Source: an uncultured Candidatus Micrarchaeota archaeon (GTDB lineage: Archaea; Micrarchaeota; Micrarchaeia; Micrarchaeales; Micrarchaeaceae). Taken from it: DNA of 64,000 nt. The translations under genes and the position numbers were made by a program. The notes below the pieces were generated by a model. The model searched no databases and was not told the origin of the DNA. It saw nothing but the letters and a program-made list of their open reading frames with translations. The stretch's first letter is position 1. Every line of letters begins with the position of its first letter. Below are positions 1-8,118 of the stretch, in pieces. Location of the stretch: NCBI GenBank assembly GCA_963787745.1, contig CAWBEB010000005.1, positions 2,260 to 66,259 on the forward strand, written 5' to 3'.

Positions 1-792
1 GGCCCGGCCCGATATATTGCCCTTTCGCGGCTCTCTTAGGGGTAAGAGAGTCTGCTTATGGCCCATCAGGTTGAGATGCGCCTTCAGCGCGCCGTCTATC
101 TTTTCCCTGATAAACCTAGACTCCCAAAGGCTCTGCTTCTTCAGGTAGTCCCCGTGCTGCCCTCCAACCGCCCTCGCGGACATGAATCCGGACATCACAC
201 CCCTGCGCGCCCGGTAGCGGCATAGGGCCGGCCCCTCGTCAAGAGTGATCTCGCCTATGAAATCGGGTTGGATGTTGGCTAGCCAGGTAGAGTTCCATTT
301 GCCGTAGCCCCTATGGATCCCGATCACCAGCGACCCGATTTTCAGGTTCGTGAACCCTAGAGAGCGAAGCAGGTCGTGGGCCCTCTCCAGCGACTTTCCA
401 GAGCTGTTGAATTCCTCGAAGATGAAGATCCTGTCGGAATGCGACAGCATTTCCTTTTTGAGTAAGGGCCTAAGCCTCCCATCATAAAGGGCCCTCAGGC
501 TGCTTGGGCTCCTTTCGCAGGTGCGCCAATTGGACAGCCCTTTGAGGGGCAGCCTCTCGCCCGGTGCCTCGGTCATGAAACCCATCCCTATGAACAGAGG
601 ATTATAGTCCGGGTGTCTTGCCGCCATTACCTTCCTTAGTAGATAGGTGGCATATCCGACGTTGCCGCCGCTTGCGACCACCGCCTTCGTCTCGTTCCCT
701 CTTATGAAGGCGGCCATCCTGTCGGCCGCAGCTACGGTTTCCTCCAATGAGAGCTTCACCTTGGCCTTAGGGGTTGCAATCGCAGTTCTCAT
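1..792 (-). CDS. PRTase-fold-like hypothetical protein, C-terminus beyond window edge; paralog of 62637-63455
   Basis: The minus-strand frame is open from ATG (complement of 790-792) to base 1; I checked it triplet by triplet and found no in-phase TTA/CTA/TCA. It is absent from the ORF track only because no stop lies in the window. The translation MRTAIATPKAKVKL...DRIFIFEEFNSSGKSLERAHDLL has a hydrophobic/acidic strand plus a small-residue loop, like a PRPP-binding motif. It aligns block-wise with the 62637-63455 product. Confidence 0.5.
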   Translation of the reverse strand, partial: MRTAIATPKAKVKLSLEETVAAADRMAAFIRGNETKAVVASGGNVGYATYLLRKVMAARHPDYNPLFIGMGFMTEAPGERLPLKGLSNWRTCERSPSSLRALYDGRLRPLLKKEMLSHSDRIFIFEEFNSSGKSLERAHDLLRSLGFTNLKIGSLVIGIHRGYGKWNSTWLANIQPDFIGEITLDEGPALCRYRARRGVMSGFMSARAVGGQHGDYLKKQSLWESRFIREKIDGALKAHLNLMGHKQTLLPLREPRKGNISGRA

Positions 793-834
793 CCTATCGC
801 CAAGACTAGCGTATATCCCAATATATCAATCTTT

Positions 835-1392
835 CTAGGATCGGCCAGTTTTGCCCCTCAGCCAACCGGTGAGGCTACGTTCGAGCCTTCTCACGGATTC
901 CGGCTCCAGGCGAGAGGGCATTAAAAGTATGGTGGATTGCGGCCTGTCTATCTCATCGGGACGCTTTAGGTTCAGGGAGATGAAGGCGATCATCGCAAGG
1001 TCGATCGCCCTGTTAACTGATTCCCTCTCCGCGGCGTCCTCCCGCGCCACGTCTATGCCGAGCCTCCGGTCCCTGAAGACCTCGAATTGGTTGCCGTTGA
1101 GCGCGTCGTCGTAGAGCAAGGAGAGCATGTAGGCATGCTCCTTCCTCGCTGAGTTTGGGTCTCCCGCGGCGTCGAAGCAGAGGCTCGCCATCTTGTGCAG
1201 CGCCGCGGACTTCTTGAGGTCCGCAGACGCAAGGTTGTCTGTTAGGGCAGCGATTCTGGCGAGGTTGATGGCCACCTTGCGGTCGTTCCCCGTCTGCGGC
1301 AGCCTCCTTATTTCCTCAATGGTCTCGTTGAGGAGCGAGATCCGGCTCCCCTTCCTCTGCACCGTCGCCGTTTCCATTGATTTAATCACCAT
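835..1392 (-). CDS. Hypothetical protein
   Basis: ORF-track frame 835..1464. The upstream part would run through the divergent FKBP promoter. Internal ATGs at 1392 and 1377 lie next to TATATATT (1401-1410), so the start is uncertain. No family recognised. Confidence 0.5.
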   Translation of the reverse strand: MVIKSMETATVQRKGSRISLLNETIEEIRRLPQTGNDRKVAINLARIAALTDNLASADLKKSAALHKMASLCFDAAGDPNSARKEHAYMLSLLYDDALNGNQFEVFRDRRLGIDVAREDAAERESVNRAIDLAMIAFISLNLKRPDEIDRPQSTILLMPSRLEPESVRRLERSLTGWLRGKTGRS

Positions 1393-1445
1393 CTTCCAGA
1401 TATATATTGCTTGCTGGCGGCCAGACTGCAGACCCACAGCTAGCC

Positions 1446-1452
1446 ATTTAAA
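1446..1452 (+). promoter_or_regulatory. TATA-like box upstream of FKBP gene
   Basis: ATTTAAA lies about 22 nt upstream of ATG 1474, and there is no Shine-Dalgarno-like purine run between them. Confidence 0.35.
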
Positions 1453-1473
1453 CCCGAGCTCCAAATATGAAGC

Positions 1474-2013
1474 ATGGATTTGGAATCCGAGAAAAAGAAG
1501 GCGGCTAAGTTCAAGCCCGTATACGCCCTTGCGGTGATCGTGGCGCTTGCCCTTATAATTGGAGTGGCTTACATGGCGACAAACAGCAATGCGGCGACGC
1601 CAATCGTCGCTGTGGGAGACAACATCAGCGTATATTATACGGGCACGCTGACCAACGGCACGGTCTTTGATTCTAACGTGGGAAAGAGCCCGCTTACATT
1701 CACGGTCGGCTCGGGCCAGCTGATCAAGGGTTTTGACCAGGGCGTAATAGGCATGAGGCTCAACGAGACCAAGACGATAACCATACCTGCCAACGAGGCC
1801 TACGGAGAGGTCAACCAGAGCCTCATAGTAACAGTGCCAAGGTCGCAGTTCGGGAACGAAACCGTGACAGTGGGCATGGGCGTATCAACAGGCACAGGGA
1901 TGCAGGGTGTTGTCACGGCGCTAGGAACCGACAATGTAACCGTCGACTTCAACCCTGCTCTTGCGGGGAAGACGCTGATATTCAAAATCCAGGTAGTCGA
2001 AATAAAGAAGTGA
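1474..2013 (+). CDS. FKBP-type peptidyl-prolyl cis-trans isomerase with N-terminal membrane anchor
   Basis: VYYTGTLTNGTVFDSN, FTVGSGQLIKGFDQGVIGM, IPANEAYGE and the C-terminal GKTLIFKIQVVEI match an FKBP/SlyD-type fold with an insert. The N-terminal helix YALAVIVALALIIGVAYM is hydrophobic. Confidence 0.85.
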   Translation: MDLESEKKKAAKFKPVYALAVIVALALIIGVAYMATNSNAATPIVAVGDNISVYYTGTLTNGTVFDSNVGKSPLTFTVGSGQLIKGFDQGVIGMRLNETKTITIPANEAYGEVNQSLIVTVPRSQFGNETVTVGMGVSTGTGMQGVVTALGTDNVTVDFNPALAGKTLIFKIQVVEIKK

Positions 2014-2643
2014 TCAGTACTTCTTCCATTTTCCTTCGGAGACTACGCTTACCTTTCCGTCAATCCATATGATCGCAGATTCGTCATCAAGAGCATAGAG
2101 ATCCCCATCTAGCAACTTGGCTGCCTTCCTGAGGTTGCCATCCCTTATCTTTGGGAAGTACGGCGAGTTTAGGTGCGGCCTGAAATTGAAGTCTACATAT
2201 CCAAGACCTGAAGGTGCGTTCCTGGTCTCCCCTCCATAGAGGGATTCGGGCAGTTGAGGGAGGCGCCTGCAGAGCGCGACACTTCCTGCGCTTATCCCGA
2301 CGTAGACTCTGGTTTTCAGAAGACCGGGCAGCTCTTTTTTTAGTCCTGACTTCACCATCCATTTTACGAGATGCTCCGTCCACCCGCCGCCTACGAATAT
2401 GACATTCGCGGCCTTGAGGCGCCTCAGCCAGAACTTCTTGGGCATTGCTGATATGTCGACTATGTCCGTCGGCCCCAGCTGCTCGCACCTGCGGTATTGG
2501 TTGATTAGCCAGCCCTTGTCGCCATCCTCAAGGTTCGCTGCCGTTGGTATGAAGGCGATTCTCATCTTTCCCCGGACAAGACCTCCAAGGGCCCTTTCCA
2601 AGGACTTGTTGGTTATCCCTCCAGAGGTCAGCATCAGCTTCAT
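2014..2643 (-). CDS. Peptidase S51 family (dipeptidase E / cyanophycinase-like)
   Basis: LTSGG, RIAFIPTA, VIFVGGG and VYVGISAGS (nucleophile-serine context) are typical of S51 peptidases. Confidence 0.75.
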   Translation of the reverse strand: MKLMLTSGGITNKSLERALGGLVRGKMRIAFIPTAANLEDGDKGWLINQYRRCEQLGPTDIVDISAMPKKFWLRRLKAANVIFVGGGWTEHLVKWMVKSGLKKELPGLLKTRVYVGISAGSVALCRRLPQLPESLYGGETRNAPSGLGYVDFNFRPHLNSPYFPKIRDGNLRKAAKLLDGDLYALDDESAIIWIDGKVSVVSEGKWKKY

Positions 2644-2661
2644 TCCATCACTATAGGGTAA

Positions 2662-3066
2662 TTATCTCCTGGACTTCTTGGCTGCGGCCTTTCTCTGCTG
2701 CGTCGTGAATGGCTGGAAGAGCCCGACAACGTTCCCCTCCGGGTCCGTCGTTATGGCGCTCCATCCGACCATTGGTATCTCCTGCTTTCCCATAAGGATC
2801 CTTCCGCCGGCGCTTTTCACCTTCCTTATGGAGGAGTCGATGTTCTGGGTGTTTATGTAGTTCCTCGGTCCCTTGTCGGAATTGTCCCTCTTGTACATCC
2901 CCCCAGCAAGTGCCTTCTTGTTGCCCGGGCTGGTGTTTATCATCCAGTACTTCATCCCCGTCATTTTGGCGTCAGTGAACTTCCAGCCGAAGCAGCTGCC
3001 GTAGAACTTGCTGAGCTTCGCGGGATTCCTGGCGGGAATCTCAAAGTGTATTATTTCGCTCTTCAT
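2662..3066 (-). CDS. VOC/glyoxalase-bleomycin-resistance family protein
   Basis: IIHFEIPARNPAKLSKFYGSCFGWKF ... ITTDPEGNVVGLFQP is the paired beta-alpha-beta-beta-beta VOC pattern. Confidence 0.7.
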   Translation of the reverse strand: MKSEIIHFEIPARNPAKLSKFYGSCFGWKFTDAKMTGMKYWMINTSPGNKKALAGGMYKRDNSDKGPRNYINTQNIDSSIRKVKSAGGRILMGKQEIPMVGWSAITTDPEGNVVGLFQPFTTQQRKAAAKKSRR

Positions 3067-3152
3067 AACCTCACCGAAATGCGTTGCTCAGCACTGCTTT
3101 ATAGCCTTTGTTGAAAAAAGTGGTTCAGGCCGCTACAAAAGCGGTTTCGAGA

Positions 3153-3410
3153 TCAGTATGCGCCGTCCCATCGCGCGTAGGACGCCCTTATCTTCCTGCC
3201 TCGCGCCTTTATGAAATTCCTCCTGTCGCTCTCCTGCATGTACCTTGCGATGCGGGTGTGGATCCTCTTCTTGCTGATCCATTTCTCTCCGAACTTTATC
3301 GTGTCGACCACCCCGACTATCGGGGTATAGCTTATTATCACTTTGGCGACATCGACAGCGAACTCCATGTGTTCGCCCCCAAATCGAAGCCTGCTGGTAT
3401 AAACGTCCAT
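3153..3410 (-). CDS. Small hypothetical protein
   Basis: This is the only protein-like frame among three overlapping ORFs. ATG 3410 is preceded by GGAGG about 16 nt upstream. The product is MDVYTSRLRFGGEHMEFAVDVAKVIISYTPIVGVVD... No family recognised. Confidence 0.3.
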   Translation of the reverse strand: MDVYTSRLRFGGEHMEFAVDVAKVIISYTPIVGVVDTIKFGEKWISKKRIHTRIARYMQESDRRNFIKARGRKIRASYARWDGAY

Positions 3411-3657
3411 GATATCCCTCGTGATTCCTCCAAACGCCGTGGCATGCGACTGGTCGGGTCCGCCACCACAACACAAACCTTCGGATAAAAAAGTTTAAAA
3501 AGGGGACCGGATAAATTTTTTACCGGTAGTATAAGTTTTCTGCAAATTTGAATCTGTTTTTGCAAAGTATATTTTACCGCAGGCTGGGCTTTTGGCGTCG
3601 GTGACAAGCTTTGCGGCAGGTATAAGTATTTGAATCCGTTTAGGTATCTTTGATAAA

Positions 3658-4203
3658 ATGGTACTTCGGCCAGGAAAAACGGAGAGGGACGTGCTGGCGC
3701 TGAACGCAGGACACATTCTCCGCTATTCATCGATACCGGAGCAGGAGCAGCTGGTTCTGTTGAGGGAGACCGTTGGAGCCGGCCTTAAGGATCAGACGGC
3801 GACGGTTGCCTTGCTCTCGTTCACGAGCGCCTACGCTAGCGTCCAGCAGCAGCTGCTTGAGGCGGCCGCTCCAATGATGGCCAGCGACTTCAGCGGAGGC
3901 GCCGTAAAGAAGCATTTCAGCGCGCTGAGGCTTTCCGCACTTAGGCTGAATCCTAATCTTTCAGACGATGTGAAGAGCGGCCTTGATGCCCTTGATAAGG
4001 AATTCAAGATCAAATCTAACTCACTGGAGATAAGATGGAACAGGGAGAAGACAGGCATAGAATACTCGACTGTGCAGAAGAACATGAGGACGGAGGAGGT
4101 TTTATGGATAAAGTCCGGAGCCAAATACACCAGATCGCCCGAAGGGGTGATCTCATGCTTTGTGCTCTATGTGAATACTACATTGCTTCCGACAAGGTTC
4201 TAG
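3658..4203 (+). CDS. Hypothetical protein
   Basis: 181-aa ORF downstream of a 180-bp AT-rich intergenic region. No family recognised. Confidence 0.5.
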   Translation: MVLRPGKTERDVLALNAGHILRYSSIPEQEQLVLLRETVGAGLKDQTATVALLSFTSAYASVQQQLLEAAAPMMASDFSGGAVKKHFSALRLSALRLNPNLSDDVKSGLDALDKEFKIKSNSLEIRWNREKTGIEYSTVQKNMRTEEVLWIKSGAKYTRSPEGVISCFVLYVNTTLLPTRF

Positions 4204-4213
4204 ATGTGGTGGG

Positions 4214-4897
4214 ATGGCGGTCTCGACATTGAATTCCGACCGTGCGGGCATTAGGGCGCTCGAATCCGTGAAGGGGCTGCTGCGCACCATAGACGGTTTG
4301 CCGAAATCACTTAGGGAGGAGAGCCTCAACAGGCTGGTCGAATCCACTGCGCTGATGAACATAGAGCTAAAGCTTAGGAATGTCCACGGGTTGGGGTCGG
4401 CGCTCTCAAGCAATGAGGCGAAGGAGGCGATAGGGGACCTCAAGGCGCTCGACCTGAAGATCGCCTATCGGATTATTAGACGCTCCAAGGGCGCTGGCTT
4501 CGCCGTCATCTCTGATGCCGACCTGAGGAGCAGGCTGATACCGGGCCGATGGCAGTTTGGCAGCCTGGGAAGGGTTGCGGTGAAGAGCCACATTGAGGTT
4601 GGACTTGCCGCGCTGGACATAAGGCAGATCAGGGAATGTAGGACGTCGCTCCATGGGGATAAGACCATAATGGAGGATGCGATACGGGCGCACGAAGCGG
4701 TGGCGCTGAAGGCTTTGAGAATGCCGGAGGTCTATTTGTACAACGACACTGGCGGGAAGTGGACCATGGCCCACGTTGCAGTGAGCCACCACGAGAAGGC
4801 TGCAAAGTATGCCATGAAGCGCCCAAGAATAAGAAAACTAAAGAATGAGTTCGGGGAAACGGTGGCCAATCACGCCGGTTCCCACTGGAACGATTAG
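4214..4897 (+). CDS. Hypothetical protein
   Basis: 227-aa ORF 10 nt after the previous gene, probably co-transcribed. No family recognised. Confidence 0.5.
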   Translation: MAVSTLNSDRAGIRALESVKGLLRTIDGLPKSLREESLNRLVESTALMNIELKLRNVHGLGSALSSNEAKEAIGDLKALDLKIAYRIIRRSKGAGFAVISDADLRSRLIPGRWQFGSLGRVAVKSHIEVGLAALDIRQIRECRTSLHGDKTIMEDAIRAHEAVALKALRMPEVYLYNDTGGKWTMAHVAVSHHEKAAKYAMKRPRIRKLKNEFGETVANHAGSHWND

Positions 4898-5559
4898 CAG
4901 GCCGCCTTCGCTTTCTGGTTCCTATGGGCCTGTTTCTTAAGGAGATGCCCGTATCCCTCCTCTCTCAACCATCTCTTGATTGCATTTGGGGCATGCCACG
5001 CATTCTTGGCGGCCTGTGCAAGGTTTCCGTCGGCCTTCAATACCCTGACGGCTTTCTTCACCGTTTCAACCCGCTCATGCTCGTTTAGGTAATGCTTGAC
5101 GAAATGCTTCGGTATGCCAGTATGCTGCTCGACTGTGAGATGGTCCCTGAAAACAGAAAAGAAACTGAGCACCTGCTCCTTCTGCGCCGCAGTCAGGGGG
5201 CTCCTCTCCAACTTCCTTGCGCAGGGTCGGTTGGAGAGCTCGGAATTGGCCTTGATGGTTGCCTCCCCCAAAGGCGCCAGACGCGGCACCTGCATTTCGA
5301 CCGCCATGGTCAGCATCTCGGCGGTCCGATCAACTGTTTTCGGAGGCGGTTGAATGGTCGGCTTGGGCTCTGGCTCCTTTTGCCTTGCCCGGGCGGCCCT
5401 TGCGTAAATCCCTGTTGAGGCCTGCCTAAGTATGGTGTCATAATCCATATTCACTTCATGAACAGTAGTAAGCATTCCATTTGGCTTCGAGCAACCATTA
5501 GGTAGGACTATCACGGTCTTCTGCCCGTTCGCCGATTGTTTGTTTATCTGGTCCACCAT
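4894..5559 (-). CDS. Hypothetical protein with C-terminal helix-turn-helix-like motifs
   Basis: The C-terminal LTVEQHTGIPKHFVKHYL and GNLAQAAKNAWHAPNAIKRWLREEG resemble the HTH repeat unit of the 25519-26274 product. Confidence 0.5.
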   Translation of the reverse strand: MVDQINKQSANGQKTVIVLPNGCSKPNGMLTTVHEVNMDYDTILRQASTGIYARAARARQKEPEPKPTIQPPPKTVDRTAEMLTMAVEMQVPRLAPLGEATIKANSELSNRPCARKLERSPLTAAQKEQVLSFFSVFRDHLTVEQHTGIPKHFVKHYLNEHERVETVKKAVRVLKADGNLAQAAKNAWHAPNAIKRWLREEGYGHLLKKQAHRNQKAKAAC

Positions 5560-5585
5560 TTTATCCCCGTCTAAGTTTGCACCGT

Positions 5586-5960
5586 TCAGCCGAATTGCCT
5601 TTCCAGATTTCTTGCCGCAGTCATATCGTATCTCTTCAGGATGGATAGGGACGTCTCTACGTCATGACTTGTTATCGTAGCGGTACCGATCGCCTTTCCT
5701 CTCAGCAGGCCGAGCTTGAGCTGGTCGGTGGTGCTAAACTGCACGCCTAAGTTCTCCTCAACCTTCCCAAGTGCGTCAAAAATCCTTCCGATCTTGGTTA
5801 CATTTGAGGCGCCGTTTGAGCTTTCAGAATGGATCCTTCCAATCCCCTGCCTGAGCAGGGCGACCTGCGCCCTCCTGCCGTTTTCGGAGGAGTGCTCAAG
5901 GACTTCAAGCCTCTGGCCAAGGCCATTTATCTTCTTGCGGAGCGCCTTCTTGCTTACCAT
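5586..5960 (-). CDS. Hypothetical protein (helical)
   Basis: 124-aa ORF with no competing frame. No family recognised. Confidence 0.45.
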   Translation of the reverse strand: MVSKKALRKKINGLGQRLEVLEHSSENGRRAQVALLRQGIGRIHSESSNGASNVTKIGRIFDALGKVEENLGVQFSTTDQLKLGLLRGKAIGTATITSHDVETSLSILKRYDMTAARNLERQFG

Positions 5961-5996
5961 GATAAGGGAATAAGAATTTCAAATATAAAGAGTTTG

Positions 5997-6626
5997 CTAC
6001 GCCCTTAGGAGGACGGAGATCTTCCTTATTATCTCGTCGGCGCGCTGGCTGATTACCTCATCCTTGGAGCCGGTTTTGTCTGACTCATAGACCACAAAGC
6101 CATTGGAGGCGCCCTGGTAAAACGGGTGCCGCTTTATGAGGGTCTCGAGGGTTTTCTCCGGCAGCGGAGGCCTGTTGGGGTCCACTCCGCCCTGATTTTC
6201 TCTCTCCGTGAGGATTCTTGCACTAACTTCCGGATCCGGCGACGGAGTCAGGTATACCACCGGGCCCTTCCTTGTCACAATCCTTGTGTTTATCTTCATG
6301 TAATGGAGGCTTTCGGAATTCGCGAGGGCACCGCCCCCAAGGGAGACCACCGCAACGTCTGGAAGCCTTGAAAAGAGTTTCCTGATTACCACGGATTCGG
6401 CAGCCCTAAAGCCTAAAAGGCTTGACTTTGCCACATAATCGGTAATGCTGACACCATAGCGCTCGACGAATAACGCATCGGTGTCGAAGAACTGCGCCCC
6501 TATCCGCTCGGAAACGAGCTTTGCGATCGTGGTTTTGCCGCTAAACCTCATCCCGGTAAAGGAAAGCGCTCCGTGTATGTGTACGGGCCCGGCATGGGTG
6601 GGTTGAGCGATGGTCCTCTGGGCCAT
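5997..6626 (-). CDS. aroK: Shikimate kinase, AroK/AroL (P-loop) type
   Basis: FTGMRFSGKTTIAKLVSERIGAQFFDTDALFVERYG...FRAAESVVIRKL...VVSLGGGA matches the AroK Walker A, DxD, FR..E and GGG blocks. Confidence 0.65.
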   Translation of the reverse strand: MAQRTIAQPTHAGPVHIHGALSFTGMRFSGKTTIAKLVSERIGAQFFDTDALFVERYGVSITDYVAKSSLLGFRAAESVVIRKLFSRLPDVAVVSLGGGALANSESLHYMKINTRIVTRKGPVVYLTPSPDPEVSARILTERENQGGVDPNRPPLPEKTLETLIKRHPFYQGASNGFVVYESDKTGSKDEVISQRADEIIRKISVLLRA

Positions 6627-6675
6627 ATAATCACAAATGCGTTCAAATCTTTTATTGGTGCCTTATGGAATGGTG

Positions 6676-6876
6676 CTAGAAGTTGCGCAGGTCTGCCCTC
6701 CTGCTTGAGGGCCTGTTATGGAACTTGGTAACAAAGAGCTTCCTAGGTCCTGGCTTTGGGCCCCTGAGCAGAGCTTCTATGGATTCAATGACCCTGGCCC
6801 TGCGCTGCATGGCCGTCTCTTCCTTGCCGGAGCCGGCCGCCTCGCCGCCTCCTGCTTGCTTGGAAACTCCGGCCAT
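6676..6876 (-). CDS. Small basic hypothetical protein
   Basis: 66-aa ORF 10 nt downstream of the lipobox gene on the same strand. A long antisense ORF (6683-7294) looks like a GC shadow. Confidence 0.25.
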   Translation of the reverse strand: MAGVSKQAGGGEAAGSGKEETAMQRRARVIESIEALLRGPKPGPRKLFVTKFHNRPSSRRADLRNF

Positions 6877-6886
6877 GGAATCTTCA

Positions 6887-7144
6887 TTACCTTCTAAATC
6901 TCCAAGGGCCTCCCGGACCGTATCCTCCCCTGATCCAAACCGGACCTATGAATGGCTCGACAACGAGCGGGGATATAACTACCATGGGCTCGATTCTGGT
7001 CGTTGTAACGACCTGGGCCGGCTGTCCTGCCTGTGCCGGGCGAATTACCTGGCTGTCCCTTTCGACTACGCAGCCGGATGCGAGCATGCCAAGCGCAGCG
7101 CCCATCGCAGCGACCTTCGCGGTCTTCGAAGCGGTTTTGTTCAT
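6887..7144 (-). CDS. Small secreted protein with lipobox-like signal peptide
   Basis: MNKTASKTAKVAAMGAALGMLASGC has n-, h- and L-A-S-G-C lipobox-like regions. TATATATTT (complement of about 7168-7180) lies about 30 nt upstream of ATG 7144. Confidence 0.5.
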   Translation of the reverse strand: MNKTASKTAKVAAMGAALGMLASGCVVERDSQVIRPAQAGQPAQVVTTTRIEPMVVISPLVVEPFIGPVWIRGGYGPGGPWRFRR

Positions 7145-7210
7145 CTTATCACACCACTATTCTTGCCGCTTTCCAAATATATAAGCATTTCAGGGGGCCC
7201 CGACGGGCGT

Positions 7211-7996
7211 CTACTTCAGGCCGAAGAACTTCCTTATCCCGCCGCTGCGGCTGGGGGCCTGGGCGGACCCTTCGGATTCAGCACCGGCCTTTAGGAGGTA
7301 GGACCTGCAGAGGTCATCTATCGCCAGGGAGAAGAGTGATGTCCTGTTGAGCAGGTAGGCGGGGGTGTGCTTCGCCTCGCTCTCGTCGACGCTTTTCTCC
7401 TCGGGCACCATTGCATAGGCGACGTCGCCGTAGAGCTTCTCTATCGTGTCCTCGCCGAGCTGGTACTTGCCCTCCTTGACCCTGTTTATCACCAGCTTGT
7501 GGAGCAGGTGGTACTTTAGGTATGATTGCGAAAGCCTCTGGGCGCCCCTTACGGCAGTCTCCTCTGGGGTCGTTATTATCAGCGCCTCGTTTATGAGCTT
7601 GATTGCCGGCTCTATCTCCGACCCGGGAGGCGTGTCGACTATCACGAAGTCGAAGTCGCTCCTTGCGATCTCGGAGTAGAACTTGGAGATCTGGTCGGCG
7701 GAGGCCTTGGTTGCGGCGCCTTCGCTGCCCGCGGTCACATAGTAGAATCCGCCGGACGGATAGAGGACAAGAACGTCCTTCAAGCTGGCCTCGCCCGATA
7801 TGACCTCGGAGTAGCCCTGGCCCTCTAGGCCCGAGCCGAGCAGAAGCCCGACGCTTGGGTTGGGGACGTCCGTGTCTATGAGCAGCACATCGTAGCCTGC
7901 GGCTCTTAGCGCCGCAGTAACGTTTATCGATACTATAGTCTTGCCGACTCCACCCTTCGGTGAGGCCGTCACGATTATGTAGGGTTTCTTGGCCAT
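7211..7996 (-). CDS. MinD/ParA-family P-loop ATPase (archaeal MinD-like), paralog of 52244-53071
   Basis: Deviant Walker A SPKGGVGKT, then LLIDTD, NPSVG and IVDTPPG. The C-terminal GGIRKFFGLK resembles an amphipathic membrane-targeting helix. Confidence 0.85.
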   Translation of the reverse strand: MAKKPYIIVTASPKGGVGKTIVSINVTAALRAAGYDVLLIDTDVPNPSVGLLLGSGLEGQGYSEVISGEASLKDVLVLYPSGGFYYVTAGSEGAATKASADQISKFYSEIARSDFDFVIVDTPPGSEIEPAIKLINEALIITTPEETAVRGAQRLSQSYLKYHLLHKLVINRVKEGKYQLGEDTIEKLYGDVAYAMVPEEKSVDESEAKHTPAYLLNRTSLFSLAIDDLCRSYLLKAGAESEGSAQAPSRSGGIRKFFGLK

Positions 7997-8118
7997 CGAA
8001 TGCTATCTACTAGAAGCATAAAAGGTTTAATAACGTTGCGGGACGGACGGCGATGTGGGAAGCGGGGTGGCAATCACAAAGCATAAAAAGATTGATTGAC
8101 CCAGAGATAGGGATTCCG

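Noticed and set aside
3108-3488. 126-aa plus-strand ORF and 113-aa minus-strand ORF overlapping 3153-3476
   Set aside because: Both translate to Arg/Pro/His-rich nonsense. Only the 3153-3410 frame looks protein-like and has an SD-like GGAGG. Even that call has low confidence.
3500-3520. CCGGATAAATTTTTTACCGG looked like a perfect palindrome or terminator hairpin
   Set aside because: Base-by-base pairing gives only the four terminal C-G pairs plus three A-T pairs, with internal mismatches. This is not a convincing hairpin.
6683-7294. 203-aa plus-strand ORF, and similar long ORFs antisense to real genes (e.g. 19099-19674, 52211-52882, 52816-53613, 57570-58424, 49735-50202)
   Set aside because: The translations are Arg/Pro/Gly/His-rich and low-complexity. 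They lie antisense to genes with clear homology. They are typical shadow ORFs of GC-rich coding DNA.
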